Shown piece after piece: positions 12,301-26,055 of a stretch of 64,000 nucleotides of DNA. The notes under the pieces are model-generated. The model made no database searches. It was not told where the DNA came from and worked only from the letters and a program-made list of their open reading frames with translations. A program made the position numbers and the translations under genes. This stretch comes from Carpediemonas membranifera BICM. Its lineage: Eukaryota > Protista > Fornicata. The DNA lies in NCBI GenBank assembly GCA_019828565.1, contig JAHDYR010000038.1, positions 1,039,578 to 1,103,577 on the forward strand, read 5' to 3'. Each line of letters starts with the position of its first letter. Within the stretch, counting starts at the first letter, position 1.

Positions 12301-13509
12301 AATCGCCTTATAAATGACAACTCTTCTGTCATCGCCCTCAAACTTCTTCTGGATGAGCGTGGTGAGGGACGAGTCATCCTCGGCAGGGGTGTCAAGCAAA
12401 AGATTCTTCAGACCAACATCCATGACAACGTTGGTGTAAGCGATGGTGTCAGGCAGACAGTGGCTCGAGAGCAGGTCCCAGAAGAGATTGGGGAAGAGAA
12501 TCATGTATCTCACCACGAGAATATAGTGTCGCGTGACGGTCCCAGGGTCGATGAACAACATCGTTGCCATGGAGTCACAAATCGACTTGACCATGCCGGC
12601 GTACGTCGCCCTGTAATTCCACACCTTCCGAGTTCCATCGATAAGTTCTCTGGTGGGTCGCATCAAGGCCTCGCTAACCCTAGCCTGCAGTACCTCCAGC
12701 TGCTCGGTCGGGACGATGCAGTCGTCGATGGCCACACCGTCATTCTCCAGCTCATTGTAGAGCTCCATCTGATATGCCACCCATGCGATGTTGCAGATGC
12801 GCTCGACACTCTGGACCCTCTCATTCCGAATGACCGACTTCAGGTCCGACTTGGATATAAACTTCAGCTCCCTGGCGCCGGCTGCCTCAAGCTTGGTGGA
12901 ACTAGCCCACGAGCTTAGGAACTGCTCCACATCAATCTCACTGGTAAGGAAAGGAAGCTTGCGCTTCGGCGCCTTGGCGCGGGCAGTGGGAGTTATGGCG
13001 GATGCGGATGCACCAGTGTCGGCGATGGCCACAGACGAGCTACCAACAGAGCCAGAAGAAGCTGACTCGGCGAGGGACATGGAAGGGACAGCCGAGCGGG
13101 TGCCAGAGCACGGGTCATCCGCTGAAAGCTGTCTGGCAGCAGAACCGGTGGGAGATGGGCCGGCGAGGGATGTAGCGGCGTCGCCAGCTGCGCGCCTGGC
13201 TGCGCGCAGGGCTCGGTCTGAAGGCTTGGCAGGATAATCGACTTGCTCTGCGCAATCGGCGGAGCGAACGCGCTTCTCAGCAGGTTGCGGAGCTGCCTTG
13301 CGCACAATGGGCTCATCGCGTTCCTCGAACACGTTAGAGGCTGGAGCAAGCTCAAGAGCGGCGAGAAAGAGCTCCTCGGCACGTCCACGGGCGGAATCGT
13401 TGAAACGGTTGACAACGAGGACCGATTTCTCAGATAACTTGTCCCGTCGCATACGATAGGACGTACCAGTGAGGCAGTGAAGCTCCTGAAGCATGTAATT
13501 GCTTTCCAT
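12301..13509 (-). CDS. Uncharacterised protein, C-terminus truncated by the copy 1 right end
   Basis: 410-aa ORF whose last residues (HTVKVGR) are read from the TIR. No recognisable motif. Confidence 0.6.
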
Positions 13510-13629
13510 GTCGATTCCAGCAATGCGCGAAGAACAAGAACCTTGGGAACAACCATGGGAGCACCAGACGTACTGTTTACGAAGGAAGATGGCGGGCCAG
13601 GGTCCCCGGTCGATTCACCATGGCCTCTT

Positions 13630-16150
13630 CAGCGTCCTCATAAATCTGAATCATCTTCTTGTCTTGCTCCCGATGTTGTCATTGCTGTTTTCGTGTCCAC
13701 AAGCATTCCAGTCTCATTATAATGTTTATTCAGTACCAAATCATCCTTTAGTGACGGGCATTCTCCTCTGCATTGCCGAGAAAAGAGTTGATGTTGATTA
13801 GATGGTGACGAATGCATTACCGGACATTTGACGCGCACAACCTGCTTAATACTGCATAAAAGCATCGCTGATCGCTTTCTCTTCTGTTCTTCAACGCCCA
13901 AGGAGCGGCTTCCAGGTCGGCAACGGTTGCCGACCTGGACCCGTGCAGTTTATGCTTTTTCGGCCAACCGACGAAGTCAAGCTTGGCCAAGACACATACT
14001 GTGTACAAGGACCCTGGCAGGCTAGTTACGCCGCTCAGCCTCTGCATCCAGTTGATAATCACTCGCCATTTACTTCTGGTGCTTTTCCTGCTCTCTCTTC
14101 TCCATCACGTCGTCATACTCGGCCCTCGTCAGCCTCACAGTTGTCATCCCGGCATCACGGATGTGCTCAAAGGCCTCAACGGGCAGCTTCGGCATCCCGT
14201 CCTCGCTGTCGCTGCTGCTGCCCAAGTCTGACTCGCTCTCGTGATAGCGGCGAAGGCGAATGCGTCTGCTGGGCACCCTGGTCTTCATTGAGTCATAGAG
14301 CGGAGCGAGCCCACTTCCATTGGCCCCGCTACGGACACCCTCATCGGTATCTCTCTCAGACATATCACACTCAACCTGTTGTGACTGAAGAAATGACAGG
14401 TTGTCGACGAGGCTATCCTCGGCATCGCTGTCTGAACTCTCCTCATCCTCCCACTCTCCTTCCAGCATCTCCAACCCGGCCTCATCGTCAAACTCGCCCT
14501 CCACTGCGGTCTCCGGCATCTCTGCCTCGCCAGCTGTCTCGTCAAACAGCGCCTCATCGTCAGACTCACCCTCCCCCGTGTCGACCCCATCGGGATTACG
14601 CTGGTCGTGGAGCTGGACCATCCTCATCCTGAGCTTTTTGTAAAGCCACCAGGTCGGCAGAGCTTAAGGTAATCCTGGCGCCCTCATCCTGGCGCCTCAT
14701 CCCTGGCGCCGTCATCCCTGGCGTCCTCTCCCTCATAAATCTGAATCATCTTCTTGTCTTGCTCCCGATGTTGTCATTGCTGTTTTCGTGTCCACAAGCA
14801 TTCCAGTCTCATTATAATGTTTATTCAGTACCAAATCATCCTTTAGTGACGGGCATTCTCCTCTGCATTGCCGAGAAAAAGAGTTGATGTTGATTAGATG
14901 GTGACGAATGCATTACCGGACATTTGACGCGCACAACCTGCTTAATACTGCATAAAAGCATCGCTGATCGCTTTCTCTTCTGTTCTTCAACGCCCAAGGA
15001 GCGGCTTCCAGGTCGGCAACGGTTGCCGACCTGGACCCGTGCAGTTTATGCTTTTTCGGCCAACCGACGAAGTCAAGCTTGGCCAAGACACATACTGTGT
15101 ACAAGGACCCTGGCAGGCTAGTTACGCCGCTCAGCCTCTGCATCCAGTTGATAATCACTCGCCATTTACTTCTGGTGCTTTTCCTGCTCTCTCTTCTCCA
15201 TCACGTCGTCATACTCGGCCCTCGTCAGCCTCACAGTTGTCATCCCGGCATCACGGATGTGCTCAAAGGCCTCAACGGGCAGCTTCGGCATCCCGTCCTC
15301 GCTGTCGCTGCTGCTGCCCAAGTCTGACTCGCTCTCGTGATAGCGGCGAAGGCGAATGCGTCTGCTGGGCTCCCTGGTCTTCATAGCGTCATAGAGCGGA
15401 GCGAGCCCACTTCCATTGGCCCCGCTACGGACACCCTCATCGGTATCTCTCTCAGACATATCACACTCAACCTGTTGTGACTGAAGAAATGACAGGTTGT
15501 CGACGAGGCTATCCTCGGCATCGCTGTCTGAACTCTCCTCATCCTCCCACTCTCCTTCCAGCATCTCCAACCCGGCCTCATCGTCAAACTCGCCCTCCAC
15601 TGCGGTCTCCGGCATCTCTGCCTCGCCAGCTGTCTCGTCAAACAGCGCCTCATCGTCAGACTCACCCTCCCCCGTGTCGACCCCCATCGGGATTACGCTG
15701 GTCGTGGAGCTGGACCATCCTCATCCTGAGCTTTTTGTAAAGCCACCAGGTCGGCAGAGCTTAAGGTAATCCTGGCGCCCTCATCCTGGCGCCTCATCCC
15801 TGGCGCCGTCATCCCTGGCGTCCTCTCCCTCATAAATCTGAATCATCTTCTTGTCTTGCTCCCGATGTTGTCATTGCTGTTTTCGTGTCCACAAGCATTC
15901 CAGTCTCATTATAATGTTTATTCAGTACCAAATCATCCTTTAGTGACGGGCATTCTCCTCTGCATTGCCGAGAAAAAGAGTTGATGTTGATTAGATGGTG
16001 ACGAATGCATTACCGGACATTTGACGCGCACAACCTGCTTAATACTGCATAAAAGCATCGCTGATCGCTTTCTCTTCTGTTCTTCAACGCCCAAGGAGCG
16101 GCTTCCAGGTCGGCAACGGTTGCCGACCTGGACCCGTGCAGTTTATGCTC
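13630..16150 (-). repeat. ~2.3 tandem inverted copies of the 1.1-kb unit
   Basis: Near-identical minus-strand ORFs at 14070 and 15166; hairpin tail repeated three times. Confidence 0.9.
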
Positions 16151-16332
16151 GCAACCAAAGTTGGTCACAGTTTCAATGATACGTGTTAACAATGCAACAT
16201 AGACGGGTAAACACTGGTGTGAACTAATATATCCTCGCTAATTCACGTGACGTGAGTGATGTTGCACTTGTGACTATGAACAGACTCCTAGTTAATAGTA
16301 CCGATCAAATTACCGAATACTTCATGTCATAT

Positions 16333-18281
16333 TTAGTTCTTACGTCTCCTAATCTTCACCTGGGTCGGCTTTGAGACCTTCCGCAAAGTTGCATGTCGAC
16401 CCATCAACTGTATCACGTAGTTGATGTCGAGCCTGGCGCACTCCGCCCTAAAACTCTCCAGCGCTCTACTCTGATCGCCATCGAAGGGACGCCGCACTGT
16501 CAATGCATTGCCCTTCTCGTTACGGTAAATGTGCGTGATCATCTTCTCATCAATGTTGACAAGCATGGTCGGCTTCCCTGTCATCGAAGTCCACACTCTG
16601 ATTGCTTCAACGCATGCCCATCTCGTCACTGTCCCGTCACTATTGACGTGCTCAGGAAACAGCTCATCCAGAAGCTCTATCTCTGTCATCTTTGAGAATA
16701 CGGCCATGGTCCTTGCGTGGGCGAGGAGCGTCTGGCGGTAAGCTGTCGCCTCATCCTCAGCCTTGAGCTTCTGCGACAAGGGCAATTTGCGTCTGAACGC
16801 AGTAAATGTTCTCAGACCCGACATCATCATCAGGCAGTGAATGATGCAGTTCCCATAACCCAGGGTCGGATACGTAGGCCAACCTGAACTCGGAAGCCTT
16901 GTCGTGATGATCATGTCGAATGCCACAGTTCGGTTGTAGCGGGTTGGGTCAGACCTGGCGTTGACCACTCTTCCGCTCTCCTCGGTTTCACCCTCCTCCT
17001 CTGCCCCACCCTCCTCGTCTGACTCGGCCTTCTCTTCCTCCTGCTCCTCCTCTGACTTACTCTTGGCCGGAGAGTGCTGTGCGATGATATCCTTCATCTC
17101 AGGCGTAAAGTTGAGGTCTATGGGGTCTGCCAGGTCATTCGGAGCGGTTGCTTGTGCAGACGCTGAGCAAACATCCTCGTCGTCGCCGGAGTTGCCGCCC
17201 TCGAGGTCGCCAAAGTGCAGCTCCTCCATCAACTCATCCGCCACTGGCTCCTCTTCCTCCTCTGACTCGACCTCCTCCACTGGCTCCTCTTCCTCCTCTG
17301 ACTCCTCCTCCGAGTCCTCTGGCCTGGCCTTCTCGGGCGTGATGATGAGGGCCTTGCGCTTCACAGACATGGCTGCCTGCGCCTCGTCCGTATCGCGTCG
17401 GGGACAGGAAGTCCTGGAGACTGTGCCAGACTGTGGCGGGATGGGGCTGCATGGGAGTGATGCATCCATGGACTTGTCAGCGTCATAGGCTGCCTCTCGC
17501 TCAGCCTGCTGCTGCAGAAGGCGTCGATGCAGCGTGATGACTTCCTCACTCTTTGCCGTCAAGCTCTTCCTCAACTGCTTGACTCTCTTCTTGTATCCTC
17601 GAACAATTTTGTGATAGTAATCGATGATAGCGCCAGTACCTGGGGGGAGCAGGGGCGTACCTTCTCCCGCGGGGGTCTCCAACCATTCCAGGGCGATGAT
17701 GTACTCTTCGAAGTACGAGCGGCAGGAGTGCTTCATGTAAGCAAGGTCTGCCTCCTTGCTGCGCACCCTGGCAACCATTGCTGTGACATGGTCGCGCACA
17801 AGCGCGTTGGTGGATGTCGCGTTGCGCCACGCCCGAACCTTGACACTCAGCGCCTCTTTTTCGATACGCGCGCCCTCATTCTCCTTGGCATACTCAGCCC
17901 TCTTGGAGTTCTTGAAGGCTGTGACAGCGGCCGACTCAAACGCCTTCATCTCCTTCTCCGTGAAGGTTGCCTCGATGTTCTCGTTCGAGGTCTTATCCTG
18001 CACCTGCTGAGACAGCAATGCCTCGAGTTCTGCCTTCTTCTCGCCCTGAATCTCGAAATATGAGCACAGGTGGTTAAAGTTGATCCCTATATAAACATTT
18101 GCACCAATTACGTACCGTTCTTGACGACTATATCGAAGATATCGTTCTCGTCGAGCAATTTGTCCCGAAGAACGGCACTCTTCGCCTTGTTTGTCTTCTT
18201 CTCCTTGAATTCGGTGATAACGGCCTCAATCACATCATCTGAGGTGCTCTCGATCCACTCGTGAAGGAATTCGAACGTCAT
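16333..18281 (-). CDS. OTU-like cysteine protease, intact copy (intron 18087-18115)
   Basis: 561-aa open frame plus exon 1; GNC...W...H motifs. Has one fewer 36-bp EEEEEPVEEVES repeat than copy 1. Confidence 0.7.
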
Positions 18282-19409
18282 TCTTCTCTTCGTTATATCC
18301 CAATAATGGACATATAACAGAGATGAGAAAATTGCCAGTAACCGTAGGCAACGGGGTGTCGGAAACGTTATACCATACAAACGGGGGATATAATCGCTCC
18401 GAAAACATCCATTATGTGGACTGAATGGCGATATAACGTATGGGGAGTGATCCGACGAGCTTTCGGGCGGTGCAGGCTAAGACACACCAAGTCTGTGGTG
18501 CTATAACGTACCTCGGGACGCACTGTGGAGGCCCCTAGAGTACTCGGTCATGGCATGTCAGACCAAGGGTCCCTCAAATCTGGCCCCATTCAGGATGCTC
18601 CCCCTAAATGTTCCGTTGCAAGCGTCTGACGGAGGTTCTCTGGATACCGACCAAGATGGAGGTCACGTGAATCAACGGACGATAATTGCGGTATTCTGGC
18701 CATGCCTGGTACTTTCAAATCAGCTGTACTGATCTATGCTCCATTTATAGTTCATATCGTATGGTCCTGGTGGACTTATAGTTGTTGATGTTGTTTAGGG
18801 ATAATTGTTGCTTTAATGATGCTCTGCGCCCGCATACTGATGTTTCTTAGTGTTGTACACATGCCTACTACGTTAAAGCCGCCAGTATTCTTTCTATTCT
18901 TAAGTTCGCCATTTCAATCTCGTTGCGAGCATAAAGTGCACATTGTGAAAGGAAAGTGGGTGGTTATCTAATGGATACAGGGCAGGAAAAGGTACACGAA
19001 TGCCGTCCTGAGGTTTGGCATGGGATACTGATCTCATACGTCAAAAATGGGCGGTGGTATTCGAATTTCAGAATTTCGGCATGTCCGAATTCCGAGGCAA
19101 GCGGGAGGGTGTACAAAACCTGGCCTGGGTACCTATTAGAGCGAATAGAGAATGGCAGCACCATGGATTCGGTTTTCAGAATAATAATTGCATTTGGATC
19201 GCCATTTCAGAATTACTTCCAGCACCGGAGATTATTATTAAATCTGGGAGTGTAACAACACTTTTAAAAAATGAAAGGTCCCCATTCACCCACTCAGGCC
19301 CCAGATCACGTATCTGAGCTCAGTTTGGGTCAATTCCCAATACTTTAGAGTTTTGTATGGTCGAAATTCTGGAATAGCAATCCAAACTGAAGCAGCAAAA
19401 ACTCATCCC

Positions 19410-20771
19410 ATGGAGGCTGTAGCGGCAATAGACGAAGATATCATGAAGCGTTGGTTGAAGAATGTTCCAACCAAATCGCGTACGAACTACAACAAGCTTC
19501 TGAAAGACGTTTTGGCCAGAATTTGTCAGGAAACCGCCACAGATATCCAGAAGGGCATCGCGATTGTTCGTAGTGACGAGCTGGTAACCCATTTGCGCCG
19601 GTACCTCGCTGAGAAGCCTCTGGGGACGCAGAAGAAGATCGTTTCGGCTGTTCAGTCTTTCCGGAACTTCGACTTGCCACACCCCGCGAAGCCGTTGTCC
19701 TGGAAAGAGGAGGAAGAGGTGTCGCCTGCATCAGTTGAGAGTCTCCCCAGCCCGTATGGCGCCATTGCCATTCTGCTCAACCAGACGGGCTGGGAGTATT
19801 CGTATCTCCAAGGTAATCTCCCCGATGCGATAGACCTTACCTCGTGCCCGAGCTGGATGGGCTTTGGCACGCTCAAATCGGGATTCCCGCAGGCCAGTGC
19901 TGTATCGGAGGCGCTCAAGGTTCAGGGGTTGACGGTTCGCATGCTTCGCTTTGCGCAGCGGATCGACGTGTCCACCGATAGGATGCAGTCTATCGGCACG
20001 CTAGAGCGCCGCGGCAGACCGCGGGAGAAGCCTCAGAAGGTCATTAAGGACAAGCGCATCAGCCTGACCGATGAGCAGTTCAGGCACCAGTTGGCGTCCA
20101 GTCACTTAACGACCACGCGGCGCCCAACGATCCTCGATCTCAACCCGGAGATCCGAAGCTCTGCTGACCTGGTGCCGCCGACGCTCGATGACTGGCTTTA
20201 CAACAAGCTCAGGATTAGGATGGTCCAGCTCCACGACCAGCGTAAGCCCGAGGGGGGCGACACGGGGGAGGGTGAGTCTGACGATGAGGCGCTGTTTGAC
20301 GAGACAGCTGGCGAGGCAGAGATGCCGGAGACCGCAGTGGAGGGCGAGTTTGACGATGAGGCCGGGTTGGAGATGCTGGAAGGAGAGTGGGAGGATGAGG
20401 AGAGTTCAGACAGCGATGCCGAGGATAGCCTCGTCGACAACCTGTCATTTCTTCAGTCACAACAGGTTGAGTGTGATATGTCTGAGAGAGATACCGATGA
20501 GGGTGTCCGTAGCGGGGCCAATGGAAGTGGGCTCGCTCCGCTCTATGACGCTATGAAGACCAGGGAGCCCAGCAGACGCATTCGCCTTCGCCGCTATCAC
20601 GAGAGCGAGTCAGACTTGGGCAGCAGCAGCGACAGCGAGGACGGGATGCCGAAGCTGCCCGTTGAGGCCTTTGAGCACATCCGTGATGCCGGGATGACAA
20701 CTGTGAGGCTGACGAGGGCCGAGTATGACGACGTGATGGAGAAGAGAGAGCAGGAAAAGCACCAGAAGTAA
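19410..20771 (+). CDS. YR-like protein with acidic tail (copy)
   Basis: Near-identical to 4074-5435. Confidence 0.45.
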   Translation: MEAVAAIDEDIMKRWLKNVPTKSRTNYNKLLKDVLARICQETATDIQKGIAIVRSDELVTHLRRYLAEKPLGTQKKIVSAVQSFRNFDLPHPAKPLSWKEEEEVSPASVESLPSPYGAIAILLNQTGWEYSYLQGNLPDAIDLTSCPSWMGFGTLKSGFPQASAVSEALKVQGLTVRMLRFAQRIDVSTDRMQSIGTLERRGRPREKPQKVIKDKRISLTDEQFRHQLASSHLTTTRRPTILDLNPEIRSSADLVPPTLDDWLYNKLRIRMVQLHDQRKPEGGDTGEGESDDEALFDETAGEAEMPETAVEGEFDDEAGLEMLEGEWEDEESSDSDAEDSLVDNLSFLQSQQVECDMSERDTDEGVRSGANGSGLAPLYDAMKTREPSRRIRLRRYHESESDLGSSSDSEDGMPKLPVEAFEHIRDAGMTTVRLTRAEYDDVMEKREQEKHQK

Positions 20772-21207
20772 ATGGCGAGTGATTATCAACTGGATGCAGA
20801 GGCTGAGCGGCGTAACTAGCCTGCCAGGGTCCTTGTACACAGTATGTGTCTTGGCCAAGCTTGACTTCGTCGGTTGGCCGAAAAAGCATAAACTGCACGG
20901 GTCCAGGTCGGCAACCGTTGCCGACCTGGAAGCCGCTCCTTGGGCGTTGAAGAACAGAAGAGAAAGCGATCAGCGATGCTTTTATGCAGTATTAAGCAGG
21001 TTGTGCGCGTCAAATGTCCGGTAATGCATTCGTCACCATCTAATCAACATCAACTCTTTTTCTCGGCAATGCAGAGGAGAATGCCCGTCACTAAAGGATG
21101 ATTTGGTACTGAATAAACATTATAATGAGACTGGAATGCTTGTGGACACGAAAACAGCAATGACAACATCGGGAGCAAGACAAGAAGATGATTCAGATTT
21201 ATGAGGA

Positions 21208-22132
21208 CGCTTCACAGACATGGCTGCCTGCGCCTCGTCCGTATCGCGTCGGGGACAGGAAGTCCTGGAGACTGTGCCAGACTGTGGCGGGATGGGGCTG
21301 CATGGGAGTGATGCATCCATGGACTTGTCAGCGTCATAGGCTGCCTCTCGCTCAGCCTGCTGCTGCAGAAGGCGTCGATGCAGCGTGATGACTTCCTCAC
21401 TCTTTGCCGTCAAGCTCTTCCTCAACTGCTTGACTCTCTTCTTGTATCCTCGAACAATTTTGTGATAGTAATCGATGATAGCGCCAGTACCTGGGGGGAG
21501 CAGGGGCGTACCTTCTCCCGCGGGGGTCTCCAACCATTCCAGGGCGATGATGTACTCTTCGAAGTACGAGCGGCAGGAGTGCTTCATGTAAGCAAGGTCT
21601 GCCTCCTTGCTGCGCACCCTGGCAACCATTGCTGTGACATGGTCGCGCACAAGCGCGTTGGTGGATGTCGCGTTGCGCCACGCCCGAACCTTGACACTCA
21701 GCGCCTCTTTTTCGATACGCGCGCCCTCATTCTCCTTGGCATACTCAGCCCTCTTGGAGTTCTTGAAGGCTGTGACAGCGGCCGACTCAAACGCCTTCAT
21801 CTCCTTCTCCGTGAAGGTTGCCTCGATGTTCTCGTTCGAGGTCTTATCCTGCACCTGCTGAGACAGCAATGCCTCGAGTTCTGCCTTCTTCTCGCCCTGA
21901 ATCTCGAAATATGAGCACAGGTGGTTAAAGTTGATCCCTATATAAACATTTGCACCAATTACGTACCGTTCTTGACGACTATATCGAAGATATCGTTCTC
22001 GTCGAGCAATTTGTCCCGAAGAACGGCACTCTTCGCCTTGTTTGTCTTCTTCTCCTTGAATTCGGTGATAACGGCCTCAATCACATCATCTGAGGTGCTC
22101 TCGATCCACTCGTGAAGGAATTCGAACGTCAT
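21208..22132 (-). pseudogene. 3'-truncated OTU-like gene (protease domain lost)
   Basis: Matches the OTU gene N-terminus up to MSVKR, then fused via CGCT microhomology to the repeat tail. Confidence 0.75.
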
Positions 22133-23261
22133 TCTTCTCTTCGTTATATCCCAATAATGGACATATAACAGAGATGAGAAAATTGCCAGTAACCGTAGGC
22201 AACGGGGTGTCGGAAACGTTATACCATACAAACGGGGGATATAATCGCTCCGAAAACATCCATTATGTGGACTGAATGGCGATATAACGTATGGGGAGTG
22301 ATCCGACGAGCTTTCGGGCGGTGCAGGCTAAGACACACCAAGTCTGTGGTGCTATAACGTACCTCGGGACGCACTGTGGAGGCCCCTAGAGTACTCGGTC
22401 ATGGCATGTCAGACCAAGGGTCCCTCAAATCTGGCCCCATTCAGGATGCTCCCCCTAAATGTTCCGTTGCAAGCGTCTGACGGGCGTTCTCTGGATACCG
22501 ACCAAGATGGAGGTCACGTGGATCAACGGACGATAATTACGGTATTCTGGCCATGCCTGGTACTCTCAAATCATCTATACTGATCAGTGCTCCATTTATA
22601 GTTCATATTGTTTGGTCCTGATGGACTTATAGTTGTTGATGTTGTTTAGGGATAATTGTTGCTTTAATGATGCTCTGCGCCCGCATACTGATGTTTCTTA
22701 GTGTTGTACACATGCCTACTACGTTAAAGCCGCCAGTATTCTTTCTATTCTTAAGTTCGCCATTTCAATCTCGTTGCGAGCATAAAGTGCACATTGTGAA
22801 AGGAAAGTGGGTGGTTATCTAATGGATACAGGGCAGGAAAAGGTACACGAATGCCGTCCTGAGGTTTGGCATGGGATACTGATCTCATACGTCAAAAATG
22901 GGCGGTGGTATTCGAATTTCAGAATTTCGGCATGTCCGAATTCCGAGGCAAGCGGGAGGGTGTACAAAACCTGGCCTGGGTACCTATTAGAGCGAATAGA
23001 GAATGGCAGCACCATGGATTCGGTTTTCAGAATAATAATTGCATTTGGATCGCCATTTCAGAATTACTTCCAGCACCGGAGATTATTATTAAATCTGGGA
23101 GTGTAACAACACTTTTAAAAAATGAAAGGTCCCCATTCACCCACTCAGGCCCCCAGATCACGTATCTGAGCTCAGTTTGGGTCAATTCCCAATACTTTAG
23201 AGTTTTGTATGGTCGAAATTCTGGAATAGCAATCCAAACTGAAGCAGCAAAAACTCATCCC

Positions 23262-24623
23262 ATGGAGGCTGTAGCGGCAATAGACGAAGATATCATGAAG
23301 CGTTGGTTGAAGAATGTTCCAACCAAATCGCGTACGAACTACAACAAGCTTCTGAAAGACGTTTTGGCCAGAATTTGTCAGGAAACCGCCACAGATATCC
23401 AGAAGGGCATCGCGATTGTTCGTAGTGACGAGCTGGTAACCCATTTGCGCCGGTACCTCGCTGAGAAGCCTCTGGGGACGCAGAAGAAGATCGTTTCGGC
23501 TGTTCAGTCTTTCCGGAACTTCGACTTGCCACACCCCGCGAAGCCGTTGTCCTGGAAAGAGGAGGAAGAGGTGTCGCCTGCATCAGTTGAGAGTCTCCCC
23601 AGCCCGTATGGCGCCATTGCCATTCTGCTCAACCAGACGGGCTGGGAGTATTCGTATCTCCAAGGTAATCTCCCCGATGCGATAGACCTTACCTCGTGCC
23701 CGAGCTGGATGGGCTTTGGCACGCTCAAATCGGGATTCCCGCAGGCCAGTGCTGTATCGGAGGCGCTCAAGGTTCAGGGGTTGACGGTTCGCATGCTTCG
23801 CTTTGCGCAGCGGATCGACGTGTCCACCGATAGGATGCAGTCTATCGGCACGCTAGAGCGCCGCGGCAGACCGCGGGAGAAGCCTCAGAAGGTCATTAAG
23901 GACAAGCGCATCAGCCTGACCGATGAGCAGTTCAGGCACCAGTTGGCGTCCAGTCACTTAACGACCACGCGGCGCCCAACGATCCTCGATCTCAACCCGG
24001 AGATCCGAAGCTCTGCTGACCTGGTGCCGCCGACGCTCGATGACTGGCTTTACAACAAGCTCAGGATTAGGATGGTCCAGCTCCACGACCAGCGTAAGCC
24101 CGAGGGGGGCGACACGGGGGAGGGTGAGTCTGACGATGAGGCGCTGTTTGACGAGACAGCTGGCGAGGCAGAGATGCCGGAGACCGCAGTGGAGGGCGAG
24201 TTTGACGATGAGGCCGGGTTGGAGATGCTGGAAGGAGAGTGGGAGGATGAGGAGAGTTCAGACAGCGATGCCGAGGATAGCCTCGTCGACAACCTGTCAT
24301 TTCTTCAGTCACAACAGGTTGAGTGTGATATGTCTGAGAGAGATACCGATGAGGGTGTCCGTAGCGGGGCCAATGGAAGTGGGCTCGCTCCGCTCTATGA
24401 CGCTATGAAGACCAGGGAGCCCAGCAGACGCATTCGCCTTCGCCGCTATCACGAGAGCGAGTCAGACTTGGGCAGCAGCAGCGACAGCGAGGACGGGATG
24501 CCGAAGCTGCCCGTTGAGGCCTTTGAGCACATCCGTGATGCCGGGATGACAACTGTGAGGCTGACGAGGGCCGAGTATGACGACGTGATGGAGAAGAGAG
24601 AGCAGGAAAAGCACCAGAAGTAA
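23262..24623 (+). CDS. YR-like protein with acidic tail (third copy)
   Basis: Near-identical to 4074-5435. Confidence 0.45.
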   Translation: MEAVAAIDEDIMKRWLKNVPTKSRTNYNKLLKDVLARICQETATDIQKGIAIVRSDELVTHLRRYLAEKPLGTQKKIVSAVQSFRNFDLPHPAKPLSWKEEEEVSPASVESLPSPYGAIAILLNQTGWEYSYLQGNLPDAIDLTSCPSWMGFGTLKSGFPQASAVSEALKVQGLTVRMLRFAQRIDVSTDRMQSIGTLERRGRPREKPQKVIKDKRISLTDEQFRHQLASSHLTTTRRPTILDLNPEIRSSADLVPPTLDDWLYNKLRIRMVQLHDQRKPEGGDTGEGESDDEALFDETAGEAEMPETAVEGEFDDEAGLEMLEGEWEDEESSDSDAEDSLVDNLSFLQSQQVECDMSERDTDEGVRSGANGSGLAPLYDAMKTREPSRRIRLRRYHESESDLGSSSDSEDGMPKLPVEAFEHIRDAGMTTVRLTRAEYDDVMEKREQEKHQK

Positions 24624-26055
24624 ATGGCGAGTGATTATCAACTGGATGCAGAGGCTGAGCGGCGTAACTAGCCTGCCAGGGTCCTTGTACACAGTATGTG
24701 TCTTGGCCAAGCTTGACTTCGTCGGTTGGCCGAAAAAGCATAAACTGCACGGGTCCAGGTCGGCAACCGTTGCCGACCTGGAAGCCGCTCCTTGGGCGTT
24801 GAAGAACAGAAGAGAAAGCGATCAGCGATGCTTTTATGCAGTATTAAGCAGGTTGTGCGCGTCAAATGTCCGGTAATGCATTCGTCACCATCTAATCAAC
24901 ATCAACTCTTTTTCTCGGCAATGCAGAGGAGAATGCCCGTCACTAAAGGATGATTTGGTACTGAATAAACATTATAATGAGACTGGAATGCTTGTGGACA
25001 CGAAAACAGCAATGACAACATCGGGAGCAAGACAAGAAGATGATTCAGATTTATGAGGGAGAGGACGCCAGGGATGACGGCGCCAGGGATGAGGCGCCAG
25101 GATGAGGGCGCCAGGATTACCTTAAGCTCTGCCGACCTGGTGGCTTTACAAAAAGCTCAGGATGAGGGATGGTCCAGCTCCACGACCAGCGTAATCCCGA
25201 TGGGGGTCGACACGGGGGAGGGTGAGTCTGACGATGAGGCGCTGTTTGACGAGACAGCTGGCGAGGCAGAGATGCCGGAGACCGCAGTGGAGGGCGAGTT
25301 TGACGATGAGGCCGGGTTGGAGATGCTGGAAGGAGAGTGGGAGGATGAGGAGAGTTCAGACAGCGATGCCGAGGATAGCCTCGTCGACAACCTGTCATTT
25401 CTTCAGTCACAACAGGTTGAGTGTGATATGTCTGAGAGAGATACCGATGAGGGTGTCCGTAGCGGGGCCAATGGAAGTGGGCTCGCTCCGCTCTATGACG
25501 CTATGAAGACCAGGGAGCCCAGCAGACGCATTCGCCTTCGCCGCTATCACGAGAGCGAGTCAGACTTGGGCAGCAGCAGCGACAGCGAGGACGGGATGCC
25601 GAAGCTGCCCGTTGAGGCCTTTGAGCACATCCGTGATGCCGGGATGACAACTGTGAGGCTGACGAGGGCCGAGTATGACGACGTGATGGAGAAGAGAGAG
25701 CAGGAAAAGCACCAGAAGTAAATGGCGAGTGATTATCAACTGGATGCAGAGGCTGAGCGGCGTAACTAGCCTGCCAGGGTCCTTGTACACAGTATGTGTC
25801 TTGGCCAAGCTTGACTTCGTCGGTTGGCCGAAAAAGCATAAACTGCACGGGTCCAGGTCGGCAACCGTTGCCGACCTGGAAGCCGCTCCTTGGGCGTTGA
25901 AGAACAGAAGAGAAAGCGATCAGCGATGCTTTTATGCAGTATTAAGCAGGTTGTGCGCGTCAAATGTCCGGTAATGCATTCGTCACCATCTAATCAACAT
26001 CAACTCTTTTTCTCGGCAATGCAGAGGAGAATGCCCGTCACTAAAGGATGATTTG
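24008..26055 (+). repeat. Tandem 1.1-kb unit duplication
   Basis: Same as 4820-6858. Confidence 0.9.
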
